From: Planctomycetota bacterium
GTDB lineage: Bacteria; Planctomycetota; B15-G4
Direction: 5' to 3'
Assembly (NCBI GenBank): GCA_038212275.1
Contig: JBBQUR010000008.1
Span: forward strand, 96,001-160,000
DNA length: 64,000 nucleotides
Positions 45,834 to 54,391 of this stretch are shown here, in pieces. Both the position numbers and the translations under genes were made by a program. The notes beneath the pieces were generated by a model. The model worked only from the letters and a program-made list of their open reading frames with translations. It made no database searches and had not been told where the DNA came from. Within the stretch, counting starts at the first letter, position 1. Each line of letters starts with the position of its first letter.

Positions 45834-46775
45834 TCAGTTGACGCCGACGCGGGCCGGGCCGCCGTTGTTTCCGTCGTCCGCGGGCGGCGCCGGCGGCGCG
45901 GCCTTCGCCGTGACCTTTGCGGGCGCAGGTTTGCGTGTCGGCGCGAGCACCACGGCCGGCAACTCCGGCTCGTCCGAGCTGGGCTGCATCGCGAAGACCG
46001 CGGCGAGGTCGAAAGGGCTGGCGGCCGGCGCCTGGGCCGGGTCCCATTTCAGCGCCTCGGGCAAGGCGACGGTTTCGGTCCCACCGTGACGGAGCGAGAC
46101 CTGCAGCACGAGGACACCCTCCGGGTTCCAGCAGACCCAGCTGCCGTCGGGGTGGCCGCCCTTGTAGCGGCCTTCGTCGGCGCGCGTGCCGTCGGCATAG
46201 AAGGCGGTGAAGCGGCCGTGCGGTTCGCCGGACTCGAAGACGCCGCGGACACGCACCTGGCCGTTCGGATGGAAGGCCTCGAAGTTCCCTTGGCGGCGGC
46301 CGTGCGCGTACGTGCCGACCCAGACGCGCTGGCCGTTGGCGTCCCATGCGGCGGCCTCGCCGTCGAGGATGCCGTCGCGCCAGGTGCTGCGCTCACGCAG
46401 CACGCCGTGCTCGTCCCAGAGCGACCACTGACCGACGCGCCGCCCCATCGCGTAGCGGCCCTCGCAGGCGGGCGCTCCGCCGGCGTGCCACTGCTGGAAC
46501 TCACCGTCAGGAACACCGCGCACGAAGCTGCTGCGGGACTGCGGCTTGCCGTCCGGATAGAAGGACTCGGTCAGGCCGTGCCGCTCGGGCACGCCGTCCT
46601 CGTCCAGCAAGCGTGCCGTGCGCGAGAGGAGTTGCTCGCTGTCGGGATAGAAGCGCTGCACGTCCTGCGACTCCGGCGGCGGCGCCGCGCACGACGCCAG
46701 GATCAGCGCGCACAGGGGAAGCAGCCGGAACGATCGTCCGGGAAGCTGGCGGGGCAGGCCGACGGGCAGGTGCAT
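45834..46775 (-). CDS. MORN-variant repeat (YwqK-like) lipoprotein
   Basis: Lipobox LASC; repeated G.[FW]..[WFY]..[ND]G......G.[YF]..G units. Confidence 0.85.
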   Translation of the reverse strand: MHLPVGLPRQLPGRSFRLLPLCALILASCAAPPPESQDVQRFYPDSEQLLSRTARLLDEDGVPERHGLTESFYPDGKPQSRSSFVRGVPDGEFQQWHAGGAPACEGRYAMGRRVGQWSLWDEHGVLRERSTWRDGILDGEAAAWDANGQRVWVGTYAHGRRQGNFEAFHPNGQVRVRGVFESGEPHGRFTAFYADGTRADEGRYKGGHPDGSWVCWNPEGVLVLQVSLRHGGTETVALPEALKWDPAQAPAASPFDLAAVFAMQPSSDEPELPAVVLAPTRKPAPAKVTAKAAPPAPPADDGNNGGPARVGVN

Positions 46776-46882
46776 GGGTCTCTCCGGTCAAGGCGTCCCC
46801 GGATTCATCGGCAGCCGCTGCGGAGGACTTGTGGAAGCGGGGCTCACGCCCGTCGCGCGCGGCTTTTTTGTACCTTGCGCCC

Positions 46883-47596
46883 ATGCGCTGGCCCTTCACG
46901 CCCTTCGGCACCTCGACGCTGCTCGCCTGCATCACGGTCCTCGCGGGAATGTCCGCGGTCCTGTGGGTGAGCACGGGCAACGCGGCGGTCGCAGCTTCCC
47001 CCGCCCCCCTGCTGCTCTTCGTGCTGAACTTCTTCCGCGACCCCGAGCGGCACGCCGCGGGCGGCGAGCTGGACATGGTCTCCCCCGCCGACGGCCTCGT
47101 GAGCGACATCGTCCAGGTGGACGACCCCGCGCTCGGTCGGCCGTGCACCCGCGTCGGCATCTTCCTCAACGTCTTCGACGTGCACGTGAACCGCGTACCG
47201 TGCGCGGCCGAGGTGGTGCGCGTGGATCGTCGTGACGGCGGCTTCCTCGACGCACGCAACCCGCGCGCGAGCGAGGACAACCAGGCCGCGACGCTCGTGC
47301 TCCTGCGCCCCGACGGGCGCAGCCTCGCCGTGCGCCAGATCACCGGCCTCATCGCGCGCCGCATCATCTGCCCGTCGAAGCTCGGCCAGCGCTACGTGCG
47401 TGCCGAACGCTACGGCATGATCCGCTTCGGCTCGCGCACGGAGCTCATCCTGCCGCGCGAGGAGTGCGCCGCCGTGCTGGTGAAGGTGGGCGACCGCGTG
47501 CGCGGCGGCGAGACGCTGCTGGCCACGCTGCGGCCTGCTGCCGGCGCCGCCCGGCGTGCGACGGGCGACTCCGCTCGCGAGCCAGCTCCCCGGTGA
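46883..47596 (+). CDS. psd: Phosphatidylserine decarboxylase proenzyme (short type)
   Basis: FFRDPER, SPADG, IFLNVFDVHVNRVP, QITGLIARRI, cleavage motif GMIRFGSRTEL. Confidence 0.95.
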   Translation: MRWPFTPFGTSTLLACITVLAGMSAVLWVSTGNAAVAASPAPLLLFVLNFFRDPERHAAGGELDMVSPADGLVSDIVQVDDPALGRPCTRVGIFLNVFDVHVNRVPCAAEVVRVDRRDGGFLDARNPRASEDNQAATLVLLRPDGRSLAVRQITGLIARRIICPSKLGQRYVRAERYGMIRFGSRTELILPREECAAVLVKVGDRVRGGETLLATLRPAAGAARRATGDSAREPAPR

Positions 47597-47612
47597 ACAG
47601 CTCCCCGGTGAA
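47583..47612. repeat. 15-bp direct duplication (CAGCTCCCCGGTGAA)x2 containing the psd/pssA GTGA overlap
   Basis: Read directly. Confidence 0.85.
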
Positions 47613-48498
47613 GGCGCCCGCACGGCGGCCGCTGATCCCCGTCCTGCCCACCGCACTGACGCTGGGCAATCTCGTCTGCGGCTTCATCGCCATCGCCAAG
47701 ACCGTGGACGCGCTGCAGGGCGCCGCGCGCGACGGCAACGCGCTCGACCCGCTCTTCGCCGACAAGATCGTGCAGGCCTGCTGGTTCGTGCTGGCCGCGA
47801 TGGTCTTCGACGCGCTCGACGGCCGCGTCGCGCGGCTCATGAACCAGTCCTCGCCCTTCGGCTCGCAGCTCGACTCGCTCGCCGACATGGTGACCTTCGG
47901 CATGGCGCCGGCGCTGCTCGCCAAGGTGACCTACGAACACACGCTCAACCAGCTCGGCATCCCCTTCCACCACGGCATCGTGACGCTGCTGTGTTCGCTC
48001 TACATGATCGGTGCGGCGCTGCGCCTGGCGCGCTTCAACGTCACCACCACCGAGGACGCGGACAGTCACGACACCTTCCTGGGCCTGCCCTCGCCGGCCG
48101 CCGCCGCGATGGTGATCACGACCTGCTTCTTCATCTTCATCGGGCGCCACGAGGTGGGCCTGGACGATCACGTGGCCGACAAGCTGGCGATCTACCTGCT
48201 GCGCGGCCTGCCCGGCCTGGCCTGCGCGCTGGGGCTGCTCATGTTCTCGCGCGTGCGCTACGTGCACATCGCGCAGCGCTACATCAAGTCGCGCACGCGC
48301 TTCGGCACCTTCGCGTGGATGGTGCTCGTGGGCTGGATCGTGGTGCTCTTCCACGAGTGGCTGCTCTTCGCGGCCTCGCTGACCTACGTGCTCGGGGGCC
48401 TCGTCATCGGCCTCATCGCGCGCTCGCGCGGCCGCTCGCCGGTGGAGTCGCTGCCGGACCCATGGGACGCCGACGACGACGAGACCGGCGCGCCGTGA
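47593..48498 (+). CDS. pssA: CDP-diacylglycerol--serine O-phosphatidyltransferase
   Basis: LPT.LTLGN..CG, CDP-alcohol motif DALDGRVAR...SPFG.QLDSLAD, LRLARFN, F.GLPSPAAA. Confidence 0.95.
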   Translation: MNSSPVKAPARRPLIPVLPTALTLGNLVCGFIAIAKTVDALQGAARDGNALDPLFADKIVQACWFVLAAMVFDALDGRVARLMNQSSPFGSQLDSLADMVTFGMAPALLAKVTYEHTLNQLGIPFHHGIVTLLCSLYMIGAALRLARFNVTTTEDADSHDTFLGLPSPAAAAMVITTCFFIFIGRHEVGLDDHVADKLAIYLLRGLPGLACALGLLMFSRVRYVHIAQRYIKSRTRFGTFAWMVLVGWIVVLFHEWLLFAASLTYVLGGLVIGLIARSRGRSPVESLPDPWDADDDETGAP

Positions 48499-48977
48499 CG
48501 CTTGCGCTGGTGGCGCTCGGCAGCAACATCTCCCCGCGGCGCAGGACGCTGGCCGCCGGCGTCGCCGAGCTTGCGGCCCTGCCCGGCACGGCCGTGCTCG
48601 CCGTCTCGGAGCTGCGCGAAACCGATCCCGTGGAGTGCGCCGCCGGCGCGCCCGTTTTCGTGAACGGCGCCTGCCTGCTGGAGACGGAGCTGTCGCCGCG
48701 TGAGCTGCTCGACGCGCTGCTGGCCATCGAGCGCCGCCACGGCCGCGTGCGCGATGCGGCCGACGCGCGCCACGCACCGCGCACGCTCGATCTCGACCTC
48801 ATCCTGCACGGCTCCGCCGTGCTGGATGAACCCGGCCTCACGCTGCCCCACCCTCGTGCACACGAGCGCCTGTTCGTGCTGCAGCCGGCGGCGGAGATCG
48901 CTCCCGAGCTGATCCACCCGCTGCTCGGCGCGAGTCTGGCGCAGTTGCGCGACGGACTGAGCTCGTGCGGACGCTGA
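48495..48977 (+). CDS. folK: 2-amino-4-hydroxy-6-hydroxymethyldihydropteridine diphosphokinase
   Basis: ALGSN, FVNG, IERRHGR, PRTLDLDLI, LPHPR..ER.FVL.P. Confidence 0.95.
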   Translation: MTLALVALGSNISPRRRTLAAGVAELAALPGTAVLAVSELRETDPVECAAGAPVFVNGACLLETELSPRELLDALLAIERRHGRVRDAADARHAPRTLDLDLILHGSAVLDEPGLTLPHPRAHERLFVLQPAAEIAPELIHPLLGASLAQLRDGLSSCGR

Positions 48978-49834
48978 GGTCGGTCGACGAGGCAAGCCGC
49001 GCCTGCCGCGCGGCCGGGAGCACGGGGCGTCTCGGCTTCGTGCCAACCATGGGCGCGATCCACGCGGGACACACGTCGCTCGTGAAGCGCGCGCGCGCGG
49101 AGAACGACACGGTCGTGGTGTCGATCTTCGTGAATCCGCTGCAGTTCAACGACCCTGCCGACCTGGCCCGCTATCCGCGCACCCTGGAGGCCGACGCCGC
49201 CCTGCTTGCCGCCGCCGGAGCCGACCTGCTGGCAGTGCTCCCCGCGGATGAGATGTACCCGCCGGGCTTCGCGACGAGCGTGAGCCAGCCCGCCGCGCTC
49301 ACCGCGGTGTTCGAGGGCGCTGCGCGGCCCGGGCACTTCGACGGCGTGCTCACCGTGGTGGCCAAGCTCTTCGGAATCAGCGGCCCGTGCCGCGCATACT
49401 TCGGCCGCAAGGATTTCCAGCAGACCGTCGTGATCCGCCGCCTTGCGCAGGACCTCAACCTGCCCGTCGAGGTGGTCTGCTGCGACACGCTTCGGGACCC
49501 GGACGGCCTTGCGCTGTCCAGCCGCAACGTCTTCCTCGGGCCGGAGGATCGCGCGCGCGGGCTGTCGCTGGTAGCAGCGCTGTCCGCCGTGCATCGGGCT
49601 TTCGAAGCCGGCGAGCGCGACGTGACGGCGCTGCTCGCCGCCGGAGCTCCGGCGCTCGCGCGGCTGGCCGGCCCCCCCGACTACTACGCCATCGCCGATC
49701 CGGGCGATCTGACCGTGCGCGAAAAGGCCCGCGTCGGCGATGTCGTCCTGCTGGCGGCCCGGGCGGGCCCCGTGCGGCTGATCGACAACCACGTGCTCGG
49801 TGCTAAGCTGGGCCCCTTTTCGCCGGGGCCCTGA
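48965..49834 (+). CDS. panC: Pantoate--beta-alanine ligase
   Basis: GFVPTMGAIHAGH, SIFVNPLQF, RPGHFDGV, YFGRKDFQQ, DGLALSSRN, RLIDN. Confidence 0.97.
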   Translation: MRTLRSVDEASRACRAAGSTGRLGFVPTMGAIHAGHTSLVKRARAENDTVVVSIFVNPLQFNDPADLARYPRTLEADAALLAAAGADLLAVLPADEMYPPGFATSVSQPAALTAVFEGAARPGHFDGVLTVVAKLFGISGPCRAYFGRKDFQQTVVIRRLAQDLNLPVEVVCCDTLRDPDGLALSSRNVFLGPEDRARGLSLVAALSAVHRAFEAGERDVTALLAAGAPALARLAGPPDYYAIADPGDLTVREKARVGDVVLLAARAGPVRLIDNHVLGAKLGPFSPGP

Positions 49835-49835
49835 C

Positions 49836-50186
49836 ATGCAGCGCTTCATGCTCAAGAGCAAGCTTCACGGAGCCACCGTGACGCAGTGCAACCTGCACTA
49901 CATGGGCAGCCTCACCGTCGACAGCAACCTGCTCGAACTGGCCGACATGCGGCCCGACGAGAAGGTGCAGGTGGTCAACGTGAACACCGGGGGACGCTTC
50001 GAGACCTACCTCATCGCGGGCAAGGCCGGCAGCGGGATCATCGGCGTGAACGGCGGCGCCGCACGCATGGTCGCCGAGGGCGACAAGATCCTGATCATCA
50101 CCTACTGCATGCTCGACGACGCCGAAAGCGCGCACCACAAGCCGGTGGTCATCCTGCTCGACGGCGACAACCAGCCAACGCCATGA
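49836..50186 (+). CDS. panD: Aspartate 1-decarboxylase
   Basis: MLKSKLH.ATVT..NLHY.GS.TVD (Gly-Ser cleavage site), RFETY, NGGAAR. Confidence 0.97.
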   Translation: MQRFMLKSKLHGATVTQCNLHYMGSLTVDSNLLELADMRPDEKVQVVNVNTGGRFETYLIAGKAGSGIIGVNGGAARMVAEGDKILIITYCMLDDAESAHHKPVVILLDGDNQPTP

Positions 50187-51178
50187 GCGCACCCGGCGGC
50201 CCGGCCGCACCGGCCGGCCGCGACGACAAGCGCGACGCCGAGCGTGACGACAAGCGCGACGCCGAGCGTGCCCCTGGCCGCAACGGCGCGGGCGGCGACA
50301 TGCGGGGCGGCTGGCTGGCGCTGGAGGCGCCAGCCAAGATCAATCTCCTGCTGCGCGTGCTCGGGCGACGCACGGACGGCTATCACGAGCTGGTCACCGT
50401 GCTGCAGACCGTGGACCTCTGTGACAGTGTCCGCCTGCGGCTGCGGACGCGCCGGCGCGGTGCGGCGCCCGGCGCCCCGGACGTCTCCCTCTCGGTGAGT
50501 CCCGAGGCGCACGACGTGCCCTCCGGCCCCGACAACCTCGTCGTGCGCGCGGCGCAGGCGCTGCTGGCCGAGGCGGGCGCGTCCGGCGACGTCGGCCTGG
50601 ACATCGAGCTGGTCAAGCGCATCCCCGCCGGAGGCGGCCTCGGCGGCGGCAGCTCGGATGCCGCCACCACGCTCGCCGGGCTGAATCGGCTGCTCGGGGC
50701 GCCGCTCGAGTCCTCGCGCCTCACGGCGGCCGCCGCCGCGCTGGGCAGCGACGTGCCCTTCTTCCTGCACGGCGGCACAGCCCTCTGCACGGGGCGAGGC
50801 GACGTCGTGAAACCCATCGAGCCGCCCGCTCCCTTCCGGCTCGTGCTGTGCGTGCCCCCGTACGGGGCGCGCACGCCGGCCGTCTACGCCGCGCTCGGCG
50901 CGGGACCGGTGCAGGCACTGCGCCCCGATGCGTTGGCGCGACTGGCGAACGACTTCGCAGGCGCCGACGAACCGCGCCTGCACGCGCTCTTCCACAACGA
51001 CCTCCAGGCGGCCGCGGAGGCCGTGCAACCTGAGCTGCGAGCACTGCTCGCGATCCCCGGCATGCATCTCTCGGGAAGCGGGAGCACCGTCTTCACGTTC
51101 GGTGCTGAAGTGGATCAGCCGACAGGTGCATGTCGAACGATGTTGATATGTTCACGCGCAGCCATGAGAAATGCGTGA
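50183..51178 (+). CDS. ispE: 4-diphosphocytidyl-2-C-methyl-D-erythritol kinase
   Basis: APAKINL.L, RTDGYHEL, KRIP.GGGLGGGSSDAA, LGSDVPFF, NDL, SGSGSTVF; start ATG 50183 (ATGA) or 50300. Confidence 0.95.
   Translation: MSAPGGPAAPAGRDDKRDAERDDKRDAERAPGRNGAGGDMRGGWLALEAPAKINLLLRVLGRRTDGYHELVTVLQTVDLCDSVRLRLRTRRRGAAPGAPDVSLSVSPEAHDVPSGPDNLVVRAAQALLAEAGASGDVGLDIELVKRIPAGGGLGGGSSDAATTLAGLNRLLGAPLESSRLTAAAAALGSDVPFFLHGGTALCTGRGDVVKPIEPPAPFRLVLCVPPYGARTPAVYAALGAGPVQALRPDALARLANDFAGADEPRLHALFHNDLQAAAEAVQPELRALLAIPGMHLSGSGSTVFTFGAEVDQPTGACRTMLICSRAAMRNA
50222..50269. repeat. 24-bp exact duplication encoding DDKRDAER x2 at the 5' end of ispE
   Basis: GACGACAAGCGCGACGCCGAGCGT at 50222 and 50246. Confidence 0.9.
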
Positions 51179-51246
51179 CGAGATTTCCAGCGCCTCTGCA
51201 TATCCTGTGCGCCTTCGGGTCTTTGTGGCAGTTCCGGGAGGGGTGC

Positions 51247-51783
51247 GTGGAGATCAGCGAAATCCGTGTGAAGCTGGTGGACCAGGCGCAGGAACGCCTG
51301 AAGGCCTTCTGTACGGTGACGATCAATCGCGAGTTCGTGATTCGCGACGTGAAGGTCATCGAGGGGCCGCGCGGGCCTTTTGTCGCCATGCCGAGCCGCA
51401 AGGTGATGGACCGCTGTCCGAATTGCGGCGGCAAGAATCATCTACGCGCCAATCATTGCAACGACTGCGGCCGACCACTGCTCGCCGATCGTGCGCCGCG
51501 CGATGATCGCGGCCGTGCACGACTGCATATCGACGTCGCGCACCCGATCAACCAGGAATGCCGCAGCTTCATCGAGAGCCGGATCCTGAACGCCTACCAG
51601 GCGGAACTGGAGCGCTCGCGCGATCCGAACTACGTCGCGCCCGAGATTCCCGACGACGATGACTACATCTTCGACCACGACCCGTTCTTCGCTCCCGCGC
51701 ACGGCAACGGCTCGCCGAACGGAGATCGCGCCGTTCAGGAGCGCCACAATTCCGGGCACGACGGCATCAACCATCAGAGCTGA
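51247..51783 (+). CDS. spoVG: SpoVG family nucleic-acid-binding protein with inserted zinc ribbon
   Basis: MEISEIRV...LKAFC.VT....FVIRD.KVIEG..G.FVAMPSRK, insert CPNC...CNDC, DVAHPIN...R; GGGAGG SD. Confidence 0.92.
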   Translation: MEISEIRVKLVDQAQERLKAFCTVTINREFVIRDVKVIEGPRGPFVAMPSRKVMDRCPNCGGKNHLRANHCNDCGRPLLADRAPRDDRGRARLHIDVAHPINQECRSFIESRILNAYQAELERSRDPNYVAPEIPDDDDYIFDHDPFFAPAHGNGSPNGDRAVQERHNSGHDGINHQS

Positions 51784-51784
51784 C

Positions 51785-52711
51785 GTGCAGCTGCCGCGCC
51801 TGTGCATCGCGGGCGCCGGAGCTGCCGGCACCGCACTGGCGCGCGCTCTGGGCCAGTCCGGCTGGCCGCTGGGAGAGATGGCCTGCCGCACGGAGACGCG
51901 CGCGCAGGAACGCTGCGCGCTCATCGGCGGCGGAACGCCCGTCACGCTGGAACACCTCGCGGCGGCCGGCTCGGCGAGCCACGCGACGGACGCGCCGGTG
52001 CTGCTGATCCTCGGCGTGCCGGACCGGCTCATCGCACGGACGGCGACCGACCTGGCCCGCCGCAGCTGGCCCGCAGACTCCGCGGCGCTGCACCTCTCGG
52101 GCTCGGTGGAGATCGAGGCCCTCGCGCCGCTGCGCGCGGCGGGCCTGGCCGTGGGCGGGCTGCACCCGCTGCACAGTTTCGTCCATCCGGAGCAGGACAG
52201 CCGCTCGCTGGCAGGCAGCGTGGCGGCGCTCGAAGGTGACGCGGCGGCGCTCGCGCTCGGCGAGCTCATCGCGGAGCGACTGGGGATGCGCGCCTTCCGG
52301 CTCGCGCCGGGCGCGCGCCCCGCGTGGCATGCGGCGGCAAGCCATGCCTGCAATCATCTCGTGGCGCTTCTCGATCAGGCGCTCGACCTCATGCAGTCCG
52401 CCGGCCTGCCGCGCGACGAGGCCCGCGCCGCGCTGCTCCCGCTGATGTCCGGCACGCTGGATCATCTCGAGCGACACGCGCCCGCGCAGGCGCTCACCGG
52501 CCCCATCGTCCGCGGCGACGCGTCCGTCGTGGAGCGCCACCTGCGCGCGCTCTCCGGCGTCGCGCCGGACATCGGCGCGGCCTACGTCGCACTGGCGCTC
52601 CGCGCCCTGCACCTGGCGACTTCGGAACGCGGCCTCGACCCGCACGCGGCCGCCGCGCTGCGGGCCGCGCTGGACGCAGCCGGCCCCTCCGGTCCGGGTG
52701 ACGCCGCGTGA
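51785..52711 (+). CDS. Rossmann-like + DUF2520 oxidoreductase (candidate PanG-type ketopantoate reductase)
   Basis: GAGAAG, VPDR.I, HLSGS, LHPL.SF, WHAAA..A.NH, ALTGPIVRGD...V.RH. Confidence 0.85.
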   Translation: MQLPRLCIAGAGAAGTALARALGQSGWPLGEMACRTETRAQERCALIGGGTPVTLEHLAAAGSASHATDAPVLLILGVPDRLIARTATDLARRSWPADSAALHLSGSVEIEALAPLRAAGLAVGGLHPLHSFVHPEQDSRSLAGSVAALEGDAAALALGELIAERLGMRAFRLAPGARPAWHAAASHACNHLVALLDQALDLMQSAGLPRDEARAALLPLMSGTLDHLERHAPAQALTGPIVRGDASVVERHLRALSGVAPDIGAAYVALALRALHLATSERGLDPHAAAALRAALDAAGPSGPGDAA

Positions 52712-54195
52712 GCGCGCAACTCGTCGCCACGCTCATGCCGCGCACGCCCGCCGAGGCGGCGGCCACGCTGAGATCTCCACCTCCGGGCGCCGACTTCCTG
52801 GAACTGCGCCTCGATGCGCTCGAGGAGCCGACGCCGGCCGCCGTGACGGCGCTGCTCGCGCTGCCGCGCAGCATCGCGGTCATCGCCACGTGCCGCGCTG
52901 GCGGCCACGTCGCCGCGGACAGCCAGCGCCTCGCGCTGCTCGCGCAGGCCGGCGAGGCCGGCGCCGATGTCCTGGACGTGGACGACACGCTGCTGCCCCA
53001 GCTGCCCGACAGCGTCCCGGGCGAACGCCTCGCGAGCTGCCACGTCACGCACTTCGCGCCGCGGCTCATCAGCCTCGCCCGGCGCATCGCGAGCCAGGGC
53101 ACGCGCCTCTGCAAGCTCGCCGTGCCGGCGGGCAGTCCGCGCCAGCTCGTCGAGTTGCTCGCCCTGCAGGAGCAGCTCGGGCCCGGCTTCGCCATCGTGC
53201 CCACCGGCCGGCTGGCGGAGACGGGCCGCGTGTTCATCGCCGGGCGCGGCGCCGCACTCTCCTACGGCGCGATCGACCTGGAGCGGCGCGGCCACCCCGA
53301 CCAGCCCGGCGTCACGCGCCTGCACGAGATCTTCGGCATCGGCACGGTGGGTCCGTCGACGCGCTTCTTCGCCGTCGTCGCGAATCCCGTCGCGCACAGT
53401 CTTTCACCCGCTTTTCACAATGCGGTCTACCACGGCGTGGGGCAGGACAGCCGCATGGTGACGCTCGACGTGGACCGGCTGTCCGACGTGCTGCAGTGTG
53501 CCGACGCGTTGCGCCTCGATGGACTCGCGATCAGCCACCCCTTCAAGCGGGAGGCGCTTACGCTGGCGACATCCGCGCTGCCGGGCGCGCAGGCGACGGG
53601 GGCGGCGAACACGCTGCTGCGCACGCGCAGCCCGGCCGGCTGGCAGGCGCGCAACACGGACTGGAAGGCTTCCTGCGACCTCTTTCCGCGGCTGCTCAAG
53701 TCCTGGCGGCGTGCGCACGCCGGGCAGGCGCCGCGCGTGCTGCTGCTCGGATCAGGCGGCGCGGCGCGTGCGGTGGCGGTGGCGCTGGTGGATCAGGACA
53801 TCGAGCTGGCCATCTGGTCGCGGCGGCTTTCCAACGCACGCGAGCTCTGCGCGGCGCTCGAAAACACGCTGCCGGCCACCGCGGTGCCCGATCCGGACCA
53901 CTTTCCCGCGGACGTGATCGTCAATGCGACGCCTGTCGGCATGCCGGGCAGCGAGCCGGACGAGTTGCGCCTCGGTGCAGCAAACTTCAGGTCCGGTGCG
54001 CTGGCTGTCGATCTGGCCTATGGAGCGGCCTCGTCGCCTTTCCGAAGCGCCGCCGCGGAGGCGCATGCTCAACTGACCAGCGGGGAGGATTTCTTCTGCT
54101 TGCAGGCGCGCCGACAAGCCGAACTCTTCACCGGAGCGCCAGTGCCGGAGAGCGTGCGCGAGCTGGCAGCTCGTCGCTGCGGCCTGACTCGCTGA
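52708..54195 (+). CDS. aroDE: Bifunctional type I 3-dehydroquinate dehydratase / shikimate dehydrogenase
   Basis: AroD: DFLELRLD, ATCR, SCH, CKLA. AroE: PVAHSLSP..HN, PFK, GAANT, NTD, GSGGAARA, VNATPVGM, DLAY. Confidence 0.88.
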   Translation: MSAQLVATLMPRTPAEAAATLRSPPPGADFLELRLDALEEPTPAAVTALLALPRSIAVIATCRAGGHVAADSQRLALLAQAGEAGADVLDVDDTLLPQLPDSVPGERLASCHVTHFAPRLISLARRIASQGTRLCKLAVPAGSPRQLVELLALQEQLGPGFAIVPTGRLAETGRVFIAGRGAALSYGAIDLERRGHPDQPGVTRLHEIFGIGTVGPSTRFFAVVANPVAHSLSPAFHNAVYHGVGQDSRMVTLDVDRLSDVLQCADALRLDGLAISHPFKREALTLATSALPGAQATGAANTLLRTRSPAGWQARNTDWKASCDLFPRLLKSWRRAHAGQAPRVLLLGSGGAARAVAVALVDQDIELAIWSRRLSNARELCAALENTLPATAVPDPDHFPADVIVNATPVGMPGSEPDELRLGAANFRSGALAVDLAYGAASSPFRSAAAEAHAQLTSGEDFFCLQARRQAELFTGAPVPESVRELAARRCGLTR

Positions 54196-54391
54196 GCGCG
54201 CTTTCCAACCGAGCAGGTCATCCGCATCGAGCAGGGCGTGCAGGACACGCAGGGCTCATCGGGTGCGCGCCGGGAGAATGCAAGGGTCCCGGCCCGAAGC
54301 GATGGGCTAAGATGCCCCCGCCCGTCGCCGATCCCCACCATGGCGACGCTCCCGCGAGGCTCCCTCGCCGTCACCACCCGGACTGAACACC

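Noticed and set aside
45834..46775. Toxin-antitoxin module (YwqK antitoxin)
   Set aside because: Only MORN-variant repeats on a lipoprotein; no neighbouring toxin gene
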